IMG/VR virus record: IMGVR_UViG_3300015370_000034
Location: 1 to 33,670 of that record
Source of the DNA: a virus
Lineage: Duplodnaviria > Caudoviricetes
Reading direction: 5' to 3' (one strand)
Length of the DNA: 33,670 nt
The position numbers and the translations under genes are program-made. The stretch's first letter is position 1, and the number at the start of each line of letters is the position of its first letter. Below the pieces are notes generated by a model that was not told where the DNA came from, did not search any database, and was given only the letters and a program-made list of their open reading frames with translations. This document shows, one piece after another, positions 9,488-17,713 of this stretch.

Positions 9488-9562
9488 GCGGGCTTTGTAT
9501 AAAGGTTATTACCTCTGGTTTCCAACCAGAAGATATCAGTTCAATTCTGTTAGTCCGCTCCA
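9488..9562 (+). tRNA. tRNA-Gly(UCC)
   Basis: Acceptor GCGGGCT/AGTCCGC, anticodon arm TCTGG-TTTCCAA-CCAGA (TCC 9521-9523), TTCAATT T-loop, encoded CCA. Confidence 0.92.
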
Positions 9563-9592
9563 AATGTTATAATATTTTTGTAGGTGGTTAGA

Positions 9593-9787
9593 ATGGTCTT
9601 AACAATTGTAATGATTATTTTGTTTGTTTCAGGGATTACTGGTGTTAGTTTTGGTTGGTTAGTTGCACGTCAAATAATTAAAGATAGATCATTCACATGC
9701 ATTTTGGATGATCATATGCTTTATTGTCAAACAGTTGCCTTTTTTTATGGTGTGTTAAACCTTATGTTGGCTTTATTTTTATTTTAA
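9593..9787 (+). CDS. Small membrane protein (2 predicted TM segments)
   Basis: Two hydrophobic stretches; AGGTGG SD before ATG 9593. Confidence 0.55.
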   Translation: MVLTIVMIILFVSGITGVSFGWLVARQIIKDRSFTCILDDHMLYCQTVAFFYGVLNLMLALFLF

Positions 9788-9802
9788 TATTGGGGTGTTA
9801 CA

Positions 9803-10246
9803 ATGCGAAAAGAACTTGAGCAAAAATTGTATGAAAAATATCCAAAAATCTTTATAGAGAAAGATTTATCTCCGCAAGAATCCTGTATGTCTTATGGTCT
9901 TTCATTTTCAGATGGTTGGTATGATATTGTTGATCAATTGTGTGAAAATATTCAGAGACATTGTGATGAGAATGATATACAAGTTGTTTGTGTTCAAGCA
10001 AAAGAGAAGTTTGGGAGTCTCTCATTCTACATTAGTGAGTACAATGATTATCTATGTAAAGTGGTTAATGAGGCGTGGATTGCATCATCGAAAACCTGTG
10101 AATATTGCGGAAGTCAAGGCAAGTCAAGATCTGGTGGTTGGATAAAAACATTGTGTGATGACTGTGATGTTAAAAATAAGAATGGATATAGACCATGGAG
10201 AGAGGAAGAAGCAGAAAAAATAAAGAAGGTTTTTAAAGATAGTTGA
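9803..10246 (+). CDS. Conserved phage hypothetical protein with C-terminal Zn ribbon
   Basis: GWYDIV..L, Q.KEKFG.L.FY, TCEYCG..G...WIKTLC..C. Confidence 0.75.
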   Translation: MRKELEQKLYEKYPKIFIEKDLSPQESCMSYGLSFSDGWYDIVDQLCENIQRHCDENDIQVVCVQAKEKFGSLSFYISEYNDYLCKVVNEAWIASSKTCEYCGSQGKSRSGGWIKTLCDDCDVKNKNGYRPWREEEAEKIKKVFKDS

Positions 10247-10255
10247 TAAAGCTAG

Positions 10256-10284
10256 TTAACATTTGATATATAATATTATATAAT
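10256..10284 (+). promoter_or_regulatory. sigma70-like promoter for tRNA-Ser
   Basis: TTAACA-N17-TATAAT. Confidence 0.65.
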
Positions 10285-10301
10285 ATATTTATTGAATAAT
10301 T

Positions 10302-10390
10302 GGAAAGGCGACGGAGATTGGTGTGCCGTGCTTGATTGCTAATCAAGTTATCTTGCAAGAGGTATAAGGGTTCAATTCCCTTTCTTTCCT
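10302..10390 (+). tRNA. tRNA-Ser(GCU), class II, no encoded CCA
   Basis: Acceptor GGAAAGG/TCTTTCC, anticodon arm CTTGA-TTGCTAA-TCAAG, long variable arm with GCAA loop, T-arm AAGGG-TTCAATT-CCCTT. Confidence 0.88.
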
Positions 10391-10410
10391 CTAATATTTG
10401 GGTGAAGAAA

Positions 10411-10818
10411 ATGGTTCCCGAGTTTTATAGCGAAATTTCAAAGAAGACGAAATCTTATTTTGAGCGTGCAAAATCAGAAGCAAAAAAATCAACCTATAGA
10501 GTTAAGCATGGTGCTATTCTTGTTAAGGGTGGTAACATAATTAATGTTGCATACAACGAAAATTCCTATTGTTCATTTGGAATGAGGTTCAGGGAAAGAA
10601 ATGTTGGTGATGCAACACTTCATGCAGAATTGAAATGTATATTGGGTATTGATAAAAGTAAAACAGACGGTGCAACGTTATATGTTGTAAGGATTAATAA
10701 CAATGAAGAGTTTCGTATGAGTAAACCATGTCCAATGTGTCAGGAAGGAATGAGATTCTGTGGGATAAAAAGAATTGTTTATACGACGGATAATGGTTTG
10801 GAAGTGTTGAAGGTTTAA
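10411..10818 (+). CDS. Zn-dependent cytidine/dCMP deaminase-family protein
   Basis: HGAILV, LHAE, SKPCPMC; start moved to ATG 10411 because the track start lies inside the tRNA. Confidence 0.85.
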   Translation: MVPEFYSEISKKTKSYFERAKSEAKKSTYRVKHGAILVKGGNIINVAYNENSYCSFGMRFRERNVGDATLHAELKCILGIDKSKTDGATLYVVRINNNEEFRMSKPCPMCQEGMRFCGIKRIVYTTDNGLEVLKV

Positions 10819-10846
10819 TGTTGAAATATATTTGTATGAAAGTTGG

Positions 10847-10875
10847 TTAACATTTAACCTTGATTTTGTTATAAT
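10847..10875 (+). promoter_or_regulatory. sigma70-like promoter
   Basis: TTAACA-N17-TATAAT with TG extension. Confidence 0.7.
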
Positions 10876-10919
10876 GGTTATGTTGAAAAGTTGATAGATT
10901 GTAATTTAATAAAGGGAGA

Positions 10920-11162
10920 ATGATTGGGATGTCTACTACAGAACAGAAGTCTAAGAGAGAGCGTGGGTATGATGGTACTAAGGCTGTTAAGTCTGGTTTC
11001 CGCGACAAAATGAAGAAAGATGGTGCGTTTGATGGTAGGTTCAAAAGCCGTGTTGAAGTAGAGAAGAGCAAGAGTAAAAGTAGAAAAGCTTGTCGTAAGT
11101 GGAATTGGCTGGATGAGTTGGAGGCTCTTGAAGAAGCTGAAGAATCTGAGAACTGGGATTAA
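10920..11162 (+). CDS. Small basic hypothetical protein with acidic tail
   Basis: AAGGGAG SD; 80 aa. Confidence 0.65.
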   Translation: MIGMSTTEQKSKRERGYDGTKAVKSGFRDKMKKDGAFDGRFKSRVEVEKSKSKSRKACRKWNWLDELEALEEAEESENWD

Positions 11163-11165
11163 ATT

Positions 11166-11384
11166 ATGAAACCAAAAGACCACGAAATAGGACATATGTT
11201 TTGGGTTAGTTGCATAGGTAGCAAGGGTTTCAAGTATATTGGTCCAGCCCGATTTATTAGGTTTGAGCCAAAAGACATTATGATGTTTGAAAAACCAGAA
11301 GAACCATTTTATAGGTTTAATTTTCCCAAACCATATAGTTGCGAAAAGTGGTTAATTTCTTCGGAAATAGAGTATAAAATTTAA
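11166..11384 (+). CDS. Small Y-x-G-P family protein
   Basis: HEIGHMFWV...YIGPARFI...YRFNFP. Confidence 0.7.
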   Translation: MKPKDHEIGHMFWVSCIGSKGFKYIGPARFIRFEPKDIMMFEKPEEPFYRFNFPKPYSCEKWLISSEIEYKI

Positions 11385-11404
11385 AACCAATAAGGAGGAT
11401 TTTT

Positions 11405-11619
11405 ATGGCTAAATATTCTAAAAAGTAGATTATACATGGTCGATTCCAGGTTGGTCTGAGATTATTTTGGATGGTTTTATTAAGGAAAACAGTAAAGAGG
11501 TTGGAGATCAAAGAGAAAGTTATTTAGAATTGCAGAAGCTAAACAAAACAGATCTAGCATATTTGGTTTCTCAGATTGTTGAAGGTTATCGTGTGGCGCA
11601 GAAAAATGAATATCGTTAA
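11405..11619 (+). pseudogene. Frameshifted ~71-aa ORF (MAKYSKK then -1 frame VDYTWSIPGW...KNEYR)
   Basis: TAAGGAGG SD and ATG 11405; TCT AAA AAG TAG; the -1 frame stays open to TAA 11617-11619 and fills the gap. Confidence 0.55.
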
Positions 11620-11624
11620 AACAG

Positions 11625-11653
11625 TTAACATTTGATATGAAGTATGTTATAGT
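11625..11653 (+). promoter_or_regulatory. sigma70-like promoter
   Basis: TTAACA-N17-TATAGT with TG extension. Confidence 0.65.
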
Positions 11654-11682
11654 ATTTGTAGATGAAAAAAAGAGGTTTTGAA

Positions 11683-11871
11683 ATGGAAAATGAAAAAAGT
11701 TTGGTTTCTCAGGTTGTTGAGTATGAAAGCGGTGAAATGGGCGATTCTGAAATGGTGCTCTTTTTTCAAGATCTTGTCAACTCAGGTATGGCTTGGGAAT
11801 TGCAGGGTCATTATGGAAGAACCGCAATGAAGCTTATTGAGGCTGGTGTTGTAAACGATATGCGGTGTTAA
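11683..11871 (+). CDS. Conserved small phage protein
   Basis: YE.GE......FQ.LV.SG.AW.LQG.YGRTA..LIE.G; GAGG SD before ATG 11683. Confidence 0.7.
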   Translation: MENEKSLVSQVVEYESGEMGDSEMVLFFQDLVNSGMAWELQGHYGRTAMKLIEAGVVNDMRC

Positions 11872-12074
11872 CATTGTTGTCTGCACAAGAAATAGAATCT
11901 GTCAGGATAGAAAACAAGAAAGTTGGCGATGATATAATGTTGCGTAAGGCACTATACCAGATTGCACAATGTCCATTTCCATTACATGATTATGTTGATA
12001 ATGATGTTTGGGTTTTCGCTTGTGATTTTGTTGATAGTGAAAATAAGAAAAGAGACAGCGAGAAGGAGATATAA
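11865..12074 (+). CDS. Hypothetical protein
   Basis: GTG-start ORF overlapping the previous gene. Confidence 0.5.
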   Translation: MLTLLSAQEIESVRIENKKVGDDIMLRKALYQIAQCPFPLHDYVDNDVWVFACDFVDSENKKRDSEKEI

Positions 12075-12077
12075 TTT

Positions 12078-12338
12078 ATGGATGCTGACAAAACAACGAG
12101 AGTTGCCAATGGTTCATTTCCAGTTATAGCAAATTTGTTTGCCAGAAAAGAACTCAGGGGTAGTCTACAGTTTCTCAAAGACACACTTGAACGGACCTAT
12201 CCAGAATCTATAATTTCAATTGATGAATATTCTGGTTGGTTTACCTCTGAATTTGTTTTTAGGTTTAAGAATCTTCCTGAGTTTGGTGCAAGAATAATCG
12301 AAAGATATTATATTGAATTGGAAATGAGGAATAAATGA
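12078..12338 (+). CDS. Hypothetical protein
   Basis: AAGGAG SD; ATGA overlap with pncB. Confidence 0.65.
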   Translation: MDADKTTRVANGSFPVIANLFARKELRGSLQFLKDTLERTYPESIISIDEYSGWFTSEFVFRFKNLPEFGARIIERYYIELEMRNK

Positions 12339-13498
12339 TAATTAATTCTTTGCTTTCGACCGATCTTTATAAACTAAGTATGTGCCAAGCTGTATTACAT
12401 CAATGTCCTCCTGCAATTGTTTCATATGCTTTTAAATGCAGAAATAAAACTATTGATTTTCGACCAGTAATCGACAGTATTAATTCTGAAATTGACCATC
12501 TATGCACCTTAAATTTTGAACAGGATGAGTTGTATTACCTAAAATCTTTACGCTTCCTAAAGTCTGATTTCATTGATTTTCTTCGTTTATTCAAATTAAA
12601 TAGAAATTTTATTAAGTGTTTATGTGATGATAATGGAGAGCTTTCAATAAGAATTGAAGGTCCATGGTTGCACACAATATTGTTTGAAGTGCCTGTTTTG
12701 GCAATTGTTAATGAGTGTTATTTCAAGTCTTGTCAACCAGATGGTGGTATTTCAAGATTAGAAGAAAAGATTAGGCGTGTTAAGGATTTGGGAGATTATA
12801 GTTTCAAGTTTGTTGACTTTGGAACAAGACGTAGATTTTCTGGTAAGTGGCAAGATTATGTTGTTGGTCGTTTGGCTAATGAATTACCAAATAATTTTGT
12901 TGGGACATCTAATGTATATTTGGCTAAGAAATATAATATTAAGCCAATTGGAACAATGGCACACGAATGGTTCCAGGGTTGGCAACAGCTTGGTCCAAGA
13001 CTTGTTGATAGTCAAAAGGTGGCATTACAAAAGTGGGCAGATGAATATCGTGGTGATTTAGGAATTGCCTTAAGTGATATTGTTGGCATGGATGCATTTT
13101 TAAATGATTTTGATATGTATTTTGCTAAATTGTTTGATGGTTGCAGACATGATAGTGGAGATCCTTGGGTTTGGTGTCAAAAGTTAATTGAACATTATAA
13201 ATCAATGGGAATTGACCCAAGGACAAAAACAGCAGTTTTCAGTGACGGTCTAACAATAGGTCGGTCGTTAAATTTATTTGATGAATTTAATGGTCAAATA
13301 AAAACATCATTTGGTATTGGGACAAATCTAACAAATGATTTTGTGAGTCATGATCCACTACAGATTGTCATTAAAATGGTTCAGTGTAATGGTGGACCAA
13401 CAGCAAAATTATCTGATTCTCGCGGGAAGATTATGTGTGAGAATGAAGAATTCGTAAAATATTTGGCAAATGTATTCAATAAGGATTATGTGTCATGA
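12335..13498 (+). CDS. pncB: Nicotinate phosphoribosyltransferase
   Basis: TDLYKLSM, DFGTRRRFS, GTSNV, GTMAHEW, RHDSGDP, FSDGL, FGIGTNLTND, IVIKM..KLSD. Confidence 0.95.
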   Translation: MIINSLLSTDLYKLSMCQAVLHQCPPAIVSYAFKCRNKTIDFRPVIDSINSEIDHLCTLNFEQDELYYLKSLRFLKSDFIDFLRLFKLNRNFIKCLCDDNGELSIRIEGPWLHTILFEVPVLAIVNECYFKSCQPDGGISRLEEKIRRVKDLGDYSFKFVDFGTRRRFSGKWQDYVVGRLANELPNNFVGTSNVYLAKKYNIKPIGTMAHEWFQGWQQLGPRLVDSQKVALQKWADEYRGDLGIALSDIVGMDAFLNDFDMYFAKLFDGCRHDSGDPWVWCQKLIEHYKSMGIDPRTKTAVFSDGLTIGRSLNLFDEFNGQIKTSFGIGTNLTNDFVSHDPLQIVIKMVQCNGGPTAKLSDSRGKIMCENEEFVKYLANVFNKDYVS

Positions 13499-13986
13499 AA
13501 TACACTAAAATGTCATTTGAAGACATAAAAAGGAGTCTTCTGGATTATTGCGATATAACTCACAGTAGAGATTATGATAAATTATACAATGATTATTACG
13601 AATGGGAACTTAAAAAAGATATGGCCATCAATAATAACTACATAACAAGCTACACAACAGATTGGTTGAAAGGTGAACAAAAGACATTGAGTGAACCATA
13701 CGTTACGTTTAAAATATCAAAAAGACAATTGGGTTTGTTACTTGCCGGTATGGATACTACAGGTATTGCAGACAATCATGTTTGGATTGATTTTTCGTAT
13801 GTTATAAATAACACGAGGACTGCACCACTTATAGAATATATTGGTCCAGCAAAAATAATTTCAATGATAACCAGCGAAGTTAACAGGGTCACAATAAAAA
13901 TAAGTCTACCAAGCGGATTACATGAAATGAAGCTTGGTCAACAGGGAACAGTAATGTTTATCAGTGAATTTACAATAATTGATTAA
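13495..13986 (+). CDS. Y-x-G-P family protein with N-terminal extension
   Basis: HVWI...YIGPAKII...ISLPSGL...ISEFTIID. Confidence 0.7.
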   Translation: MKYTKMSFEDIKRSLLDYCDITHSRDYDKLYNDYYEWELKKDMAINNNYITSYTTDWLKGEQKTLSEPYVTFKISKRQLGLLLAGMDTTGIADNHVWIDFSYVINNTRTAPLIEYIGPAKIISMITSEVNRVTIKISLPSGLHEMKLGQQGTVMFISEFTIID

Positions 13987-13987
13987 A

Positions 13988-14293
13988 ATGTCATCTTATA
14001 AATATAATGTTAAGATTCAACTCCATCAAGATCAATGGAATATTTTAACTGATTGCGCTGTGATAGAAAATCTAAGAGGAAAAACATTTTGGTCAAATAT
14101 TACTTATGAATTTTTAAGTAAAGAAGGTGATGAAGAGTGTCATTATGTTGGACCAGTTAAAGTTGTTTTTTGGTCCAAATGGCTTTATACTCATGAAGGT
14201 CTAAATCTATATGTTAATTTGCCAAGTGGACTATATAATGAGGACGATTGCGGCACCATGTGTAATATTACTGAGTTTAAAATAATTGATTAA
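13988..14293 (+). CDS. Y-x-G-P family protein, tandem paralog of the previous gene
   Basis: TFWS...YVGPVKVV...VNLPSGL...ITEFKIID; both genes end in AATAATTGATTAA. Confidence 0.7.
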   Translation: MSSYKYNVKIQLHQDQWNILTDCAVIENLRGKTFWSNITYEFLSKEGDEECHYVGPVKVVFWSKWLYTHEGLNLYVNLPSGLYNEDDCGTMCNITEFKIID

Positions 14294-14318
14294 CAAATGG
14301 TTTATTTTGTGTTATGAT
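14290..14318 (+). promoter_or_regulatory. sigma70-like promoter upstream of nadE
   Basis: TTAACA-N17-TATGAT with TG extension. Confidence 0.65.
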
Positions 14319-14344
14319 GGTGACAGGCAAAAGGAAAAGTTAAA

Positions 14345-15232
14345 ATGATTATAGACTATGCTGACATTTCAAAAAATATTATGAATGAACTGAAAACATA
14401 TTGTAAGAACAACAATATGAAATCACTTGTTATTGGGGTGTCTGGAGGTATTGATTCGGCTGTTTGTTGTGCATTAGCCAGACCAGTTTGTGATGAGTTA
14501 AACATTCCATTAATTGGAAGATATATTGGGATTGTATCAAATAACAATGATGAGTATGAACGTGCAAAGATGGTTGGTGAAGCTTTTTGTCATGATTTTA
14601 AAATGATTGATTTGCACCACGAATATAATGTTATGGCTGGTGCGATGGAGGGGAGTAAAGATAACAAGATTGTTAATGGTAATATCAAAGCCAGAATGAG
14701 AATGATTTATTTGTATGACTTGGCTGGAAAAAATAAAGGAATGGTTTTGGGAACAGACAATATGACCGAGTATCTGTTGTCATTCTGGACCGAACATGGA
14801 GATGATTTCGATTATAATTTAATTCATGGATTGTGGAAGTCTGAGATTTATGGTATTGCCGATAACTTTTATTTTGTTTCCTCTGTTCTTCGTTCAATGG
14901 ATGCAACAAATAAAGCTAATGCAATGATGGCTTGTATTAATGCTGATGCAACTGATGGTTTGGGAATAAGTAAGACGGATCTTGATCAGATTATGCCAGA
15001 TTGGAGGGAAAGGCATAAGACCACAAGAAGCGGATATGAAGAAGTTGATGAAATATTAAAACAATATCTTGATTGGGATTCAGGATTTGTTTTTGAAGTT
15101 GATAAATACCCCCTTGATGAAGAAGGTAAAAAGTTAGTGTCAAATCCTGTTATTAAGAGACATATAGGTTCTGCCTTTAAGAGAAACTTACCGATTAATG
15201 TGACAAGAAGCAAAATATTTGGTAAAAAGTAG
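14345..15232 (+). CDS. nadE: NH3-dependent NAD+ synthetase
   Basis: GVSGGIDSAV PP-loop, NIKARMRM..LY, GTDN.TE, F.T.HGD, L.KSEIY; no glutaminase domain. Confidence 0.93.
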   Translation: MIIDYADISKNIMNELKTYCKNNNMKSLVIGVSGGIDSAVCCALARPVCDELNIPLIGRYIGIVSNNNDEYERAKMVGEAFCHDFKMIDLHHEYNVMAGAMEGSKDNKIVNGNIKARMRMIYLYDLAGKNKGMVLGTDNMTEYLLSFWTEHGDDFDYNLIHGLWKSEIYGIADNFYFVSSVLRSMDATNKANAMMACINADATDGLGISKTDLDQIMPDWRERHKTTRSGYEEVDEILKQYLDWDSGFVFEVDKYPLDEEGKKLVSNPVIKRHIGSAFKRNLPINVTRSKIFGKK

Positions 15233-15241
15233 GTTCTTTTT

Positions 15242-15330
15242 GATAATTATTAGTAGGTGTATAAGGACATCAGGAGATATCTTGTTTTTGCACTGCATTG
15301 TGAATTACTTTGCACCTACTATCAATTATC
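15242..15330 (+). repeat. Imperfect 20-bp inverted repeat (hairpin) upstream of the endonuclease-pncA ORF
   Basis: GATAATTATTAGTAGGTGTA (15242-15261) vs TGCACCTACTATCAATTATC (15311-15330), 17/20 complementary. Confidence 0.7.
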
Positions 15331-15349
15331 TTATGCAGGAGAATCTAAG

Positions 15350-16519
15350 ATGAACAAAGAAAGATTTGTTAAGTTTGTAGAAGAGGAGCTTTTGATTAAG
15401 TATAAGAACAATATTGGCTTAAACTCAATACGCCTTAAGGAAAGGTGGTTTTTAAAGTATGGTTATGGTGAATATTTTTACTTTATGTTTAGTGCGACAA
15501 AATTTCTTATTCCTCCTTGTTCTTTGGGAGAAAGGATACATTGTATTATTAATGATGTAAGTATTAGACCAACATGTTTTTGCTGTGGAGCAGAACTTAA
15601 ATTTAAGAACTTTGTTGGTGGCTATAGAGTAAGTTGTGGAAAACATGATTGCAACCTCTATGCCAAGGCAAACTATATTGATGAAACTGGGCTTACCCCA
15701 AATCAAAGATCCGGCATTGGTATATCTAAAAGTGTGCTTAGGATAATGCCCGATGGCAGAACTTTTTCTCAACACGCAAGCGAAAAAACAATGCACACTA
15801 AAAGGAATACATTTCTTGAAAATGGCTTAAGTGTTTTGCAAGATTCAGCACGCAAATCGGCAAAAACAAAGATGACTACTTTTTTACCAAATGGACTAAC
15901 AATAGCTCAAGATGCGGCAATTCGTTCTGCAAAAACAATGGAAAATATAATTACTGGCTCACTTGGTGAAAACATAAGGGAATTTAGGATAAGAAAAATG
16001 TTGGGAACTAAATCTATTGTTGGTGATGATGGAATTGATGTCCATGAACGAGCATTTTTGAATGGTGCCGGGCGCAACTGTTCGACTATCTATCACGAAT
16101 CAGGTCTTTATTGCCAGGGAACGTATGAGAAAGAATTTTTGGATATGGCAACGAGCATTGGGTTGGTAGAATTGGTTGAAAGAGGTCCAAGGATTAATTA
16201 TGAGTGGTTTGATAACACAGTTCACCAATATCGTTCTGATTTTTTGCTCAATGGAAAAATATTTGAAATGAAGTCAGTTTGGTCATATGATAATGCTGGC
16301 AAGGATCTTGCAAAAAGAGAAAAGACAAATTTGAAAATATTTGCAGCGGTCAATAAGGGATATTGTTTTGTTCTGGTCTACAATAAAACATTATATAGAT
16401 TGATTACAAAGGAGACTTTTGATAATTTTAATATTGCAAAAGACTCTTTGCTTGAAGATTTGTCAAAGTTCTCTGAGTTTTCAGAAAGTGTTTTATATAA
16501 ATTTGCGATGGAGGATAAA
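15350..16519 (+). mobile_element. Homing-endonuclease-like coding region (Zn ribbon, ~23-aa repeats, PD-(D/E)XK-like domain) fused in frame to pncA with no stop
   Basis: AGGAG SD plus ATG 15350; RPTCFCCG...Y..SC; QGTYEKEFL...YRSDF...IFEMKS.W. Confidence 0.65.
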
Positions 16520-17206
16520 ATGAATTATGAAATTGAAATTAAACCTTATGTAGCATCATTTGACGTAGACCCACAAAAGGGATTTACACCATTTTGTCCA
16601 CAAGAGCTACCAGTTCCGGGTGCAGATAATATTAATATGTTATTTGAGCTTGCAGAAAATGCAGGACTGTCATCTTTGCGTGTAGCAAGTAAAGATTGGC
16701 ATCATCCACATGCTATTCATATTGCTACGAATGAAAATAAACAATTTTCACCAATTTCAGGTAATTATCCAGATATGGATATTTATTGGAATAAGCATTG
16801 TATTGCAGGAACAATAGGTGCAGAGTTTTTAAATGGTCTACCTTCACCAATGGAATATGATTTTATTTCATATAAAGGAATGGAGAAAGATGAGCATCCT
16901 TATTCCGCATGTTATCGTGACCTTGGCAAGAAAAAGACAACTGGAGTAATTGAATTTTTAAAGATTAACAACATTGAGGACATTATTGTTGGTGGTCTTG
17001 CAATGGACTATTGTGTTAAAGATACTTGTTTAGATTTGTTGAATGCTGGATTTAATGTATATCTAAATATTGCATCCTCAAGAGGAATTACAGAGGAAAC
17101 GACCTTAAGTGCAATTGCAGAAATGGCTGACGAGGGTGTTGTTGTTTGTGGTGATTATACATATGTTAAGCAAGCAATTATTTCAGGACATGAGAGGAAT
17201 TTTTAG
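16520..17206 (+). CDS. pncA: Nicotinamidase (isochorismatase fold); own internal start within ORF 15350..17206
   Basis: GGAGGA SD before ATG 16520; VDPQKGF, KDWH, W..HC..GT.GA, YKG....YSA, GLAMDYCVKDT (D-K-C triad). Confidence 0.92.
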   Translation: MNYEIEIKPYVASFDVDPQKGFTPFCPQELPVPGADNINMLFELAENAGLSSLRVASKDWHHPHAIHIATNENKQFSPISGNYPDMDIYWNKHCIAGTIGAEFLNGLPSPMEYDFISYKGMEKDEHPYSACYRDLGKKKTTGVIEFLKINNIEDIIVGGLAMDYCVKDTCLDLLNAGFNVYLNIASSRGITEETTLSAIAEMADEGVVVCGDYTYVKQAIISGHERNF

Positions 17207-17235
17207 TTAACAATTAGTTTCTTATATGGTATAGT
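17207..17235 (+). promoter_or_regulatory. sigma70-like promoter
   Basis: TTAACA-N17-TATAGT with TG extension. Confidence 0.65.
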
Positions 17236-17265
17236 TGTCACAGAATAACAACTGAGGGAAATAAT

Positions 17266-17487
17266 ATGGTTTACAGATTTTTTAGTTGGCTAAATAAAAA
17301 TCCTGGTTATCTTCTTATGATTATGGTTGGAGCTATTTTTATTGCCTGTCTACTGAGTGGATGTGCATCAGAAGAACAGAGGTTTTGTATTTTAAATTGT
17401 AATTCCAATTATGAAAAATTATCTGAAGAATCATACAAAGAATGTGTTAGAGCTTGTTCTTTAATCACACAAAAATGTAATTTGTAA
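17266..17487 (+). CDS. Small Cys-rich putative lipoprotein
   Basis: Hydrophobic leader ending in lipobox-like LSGC, four further Cys. Confidence 0.6.
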   Translation: MVYRFFSWLNKNPGYLLMIMVGAIFIACLLSGCASEEQRFCILNCNSNYEKLSEESYKECVRACSLITQKCNL

Positions 17488-17495
17488 GGATTAAA

Positions 17496-17708
17496 ATGGC
17501 AAAGCAATATAATACTGTAAAAGCAACATTTGTTCAGAAAGACTATGAAAAAGTTGTTAAGTATCTTGATGATGACTTGCGCGAAGCCTTTAAAAAGGGA
17601 GTAATTGATTTAAAGTGGTGTAAAAACTATTGTATACCATACATTATGAAGTTGATTGAAAATGGTAAATATAATGTTGGTCAAGTGCAGGAAGGAAAAA
17701 GAGGGTAA
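17496..17708 (+). CDS. Hypothetical protein
   Basis: AAGGA SD, 70 aa. Confidence 0.6.
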   Translation: MAKQYNTVKATFVQKDYEKVVKYLDDDLREAFKKGVIDLKWCKNYCIPYIMKLIENGKYNVGQVQEGKRG

Positions 17709-17713
17709 GGGAA

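Noticed and set aside
9488-10390. Suppressor tRNA explaining the in-frame UAG
   Set aside because: The anticodons are UCC (Gly) and GCU (Ser); no CUA or UCA tRNA was seen in this window.
12335-13498. NAMPT (NARP2) assignment
   Set aside because: The motifs (DFGTRRRFS, GTMAHEW, FSDGL) and the presence of PncA and NadE fit PncB.
15257-17206. Intein or group I intron in pncA; GTG start at 15257
   Set aside because: The nuclease lies wholly upstream of an intact PncA with no intein terminal motifs, and 15257 lies in the hairpin while ATG 15350 has an SD.
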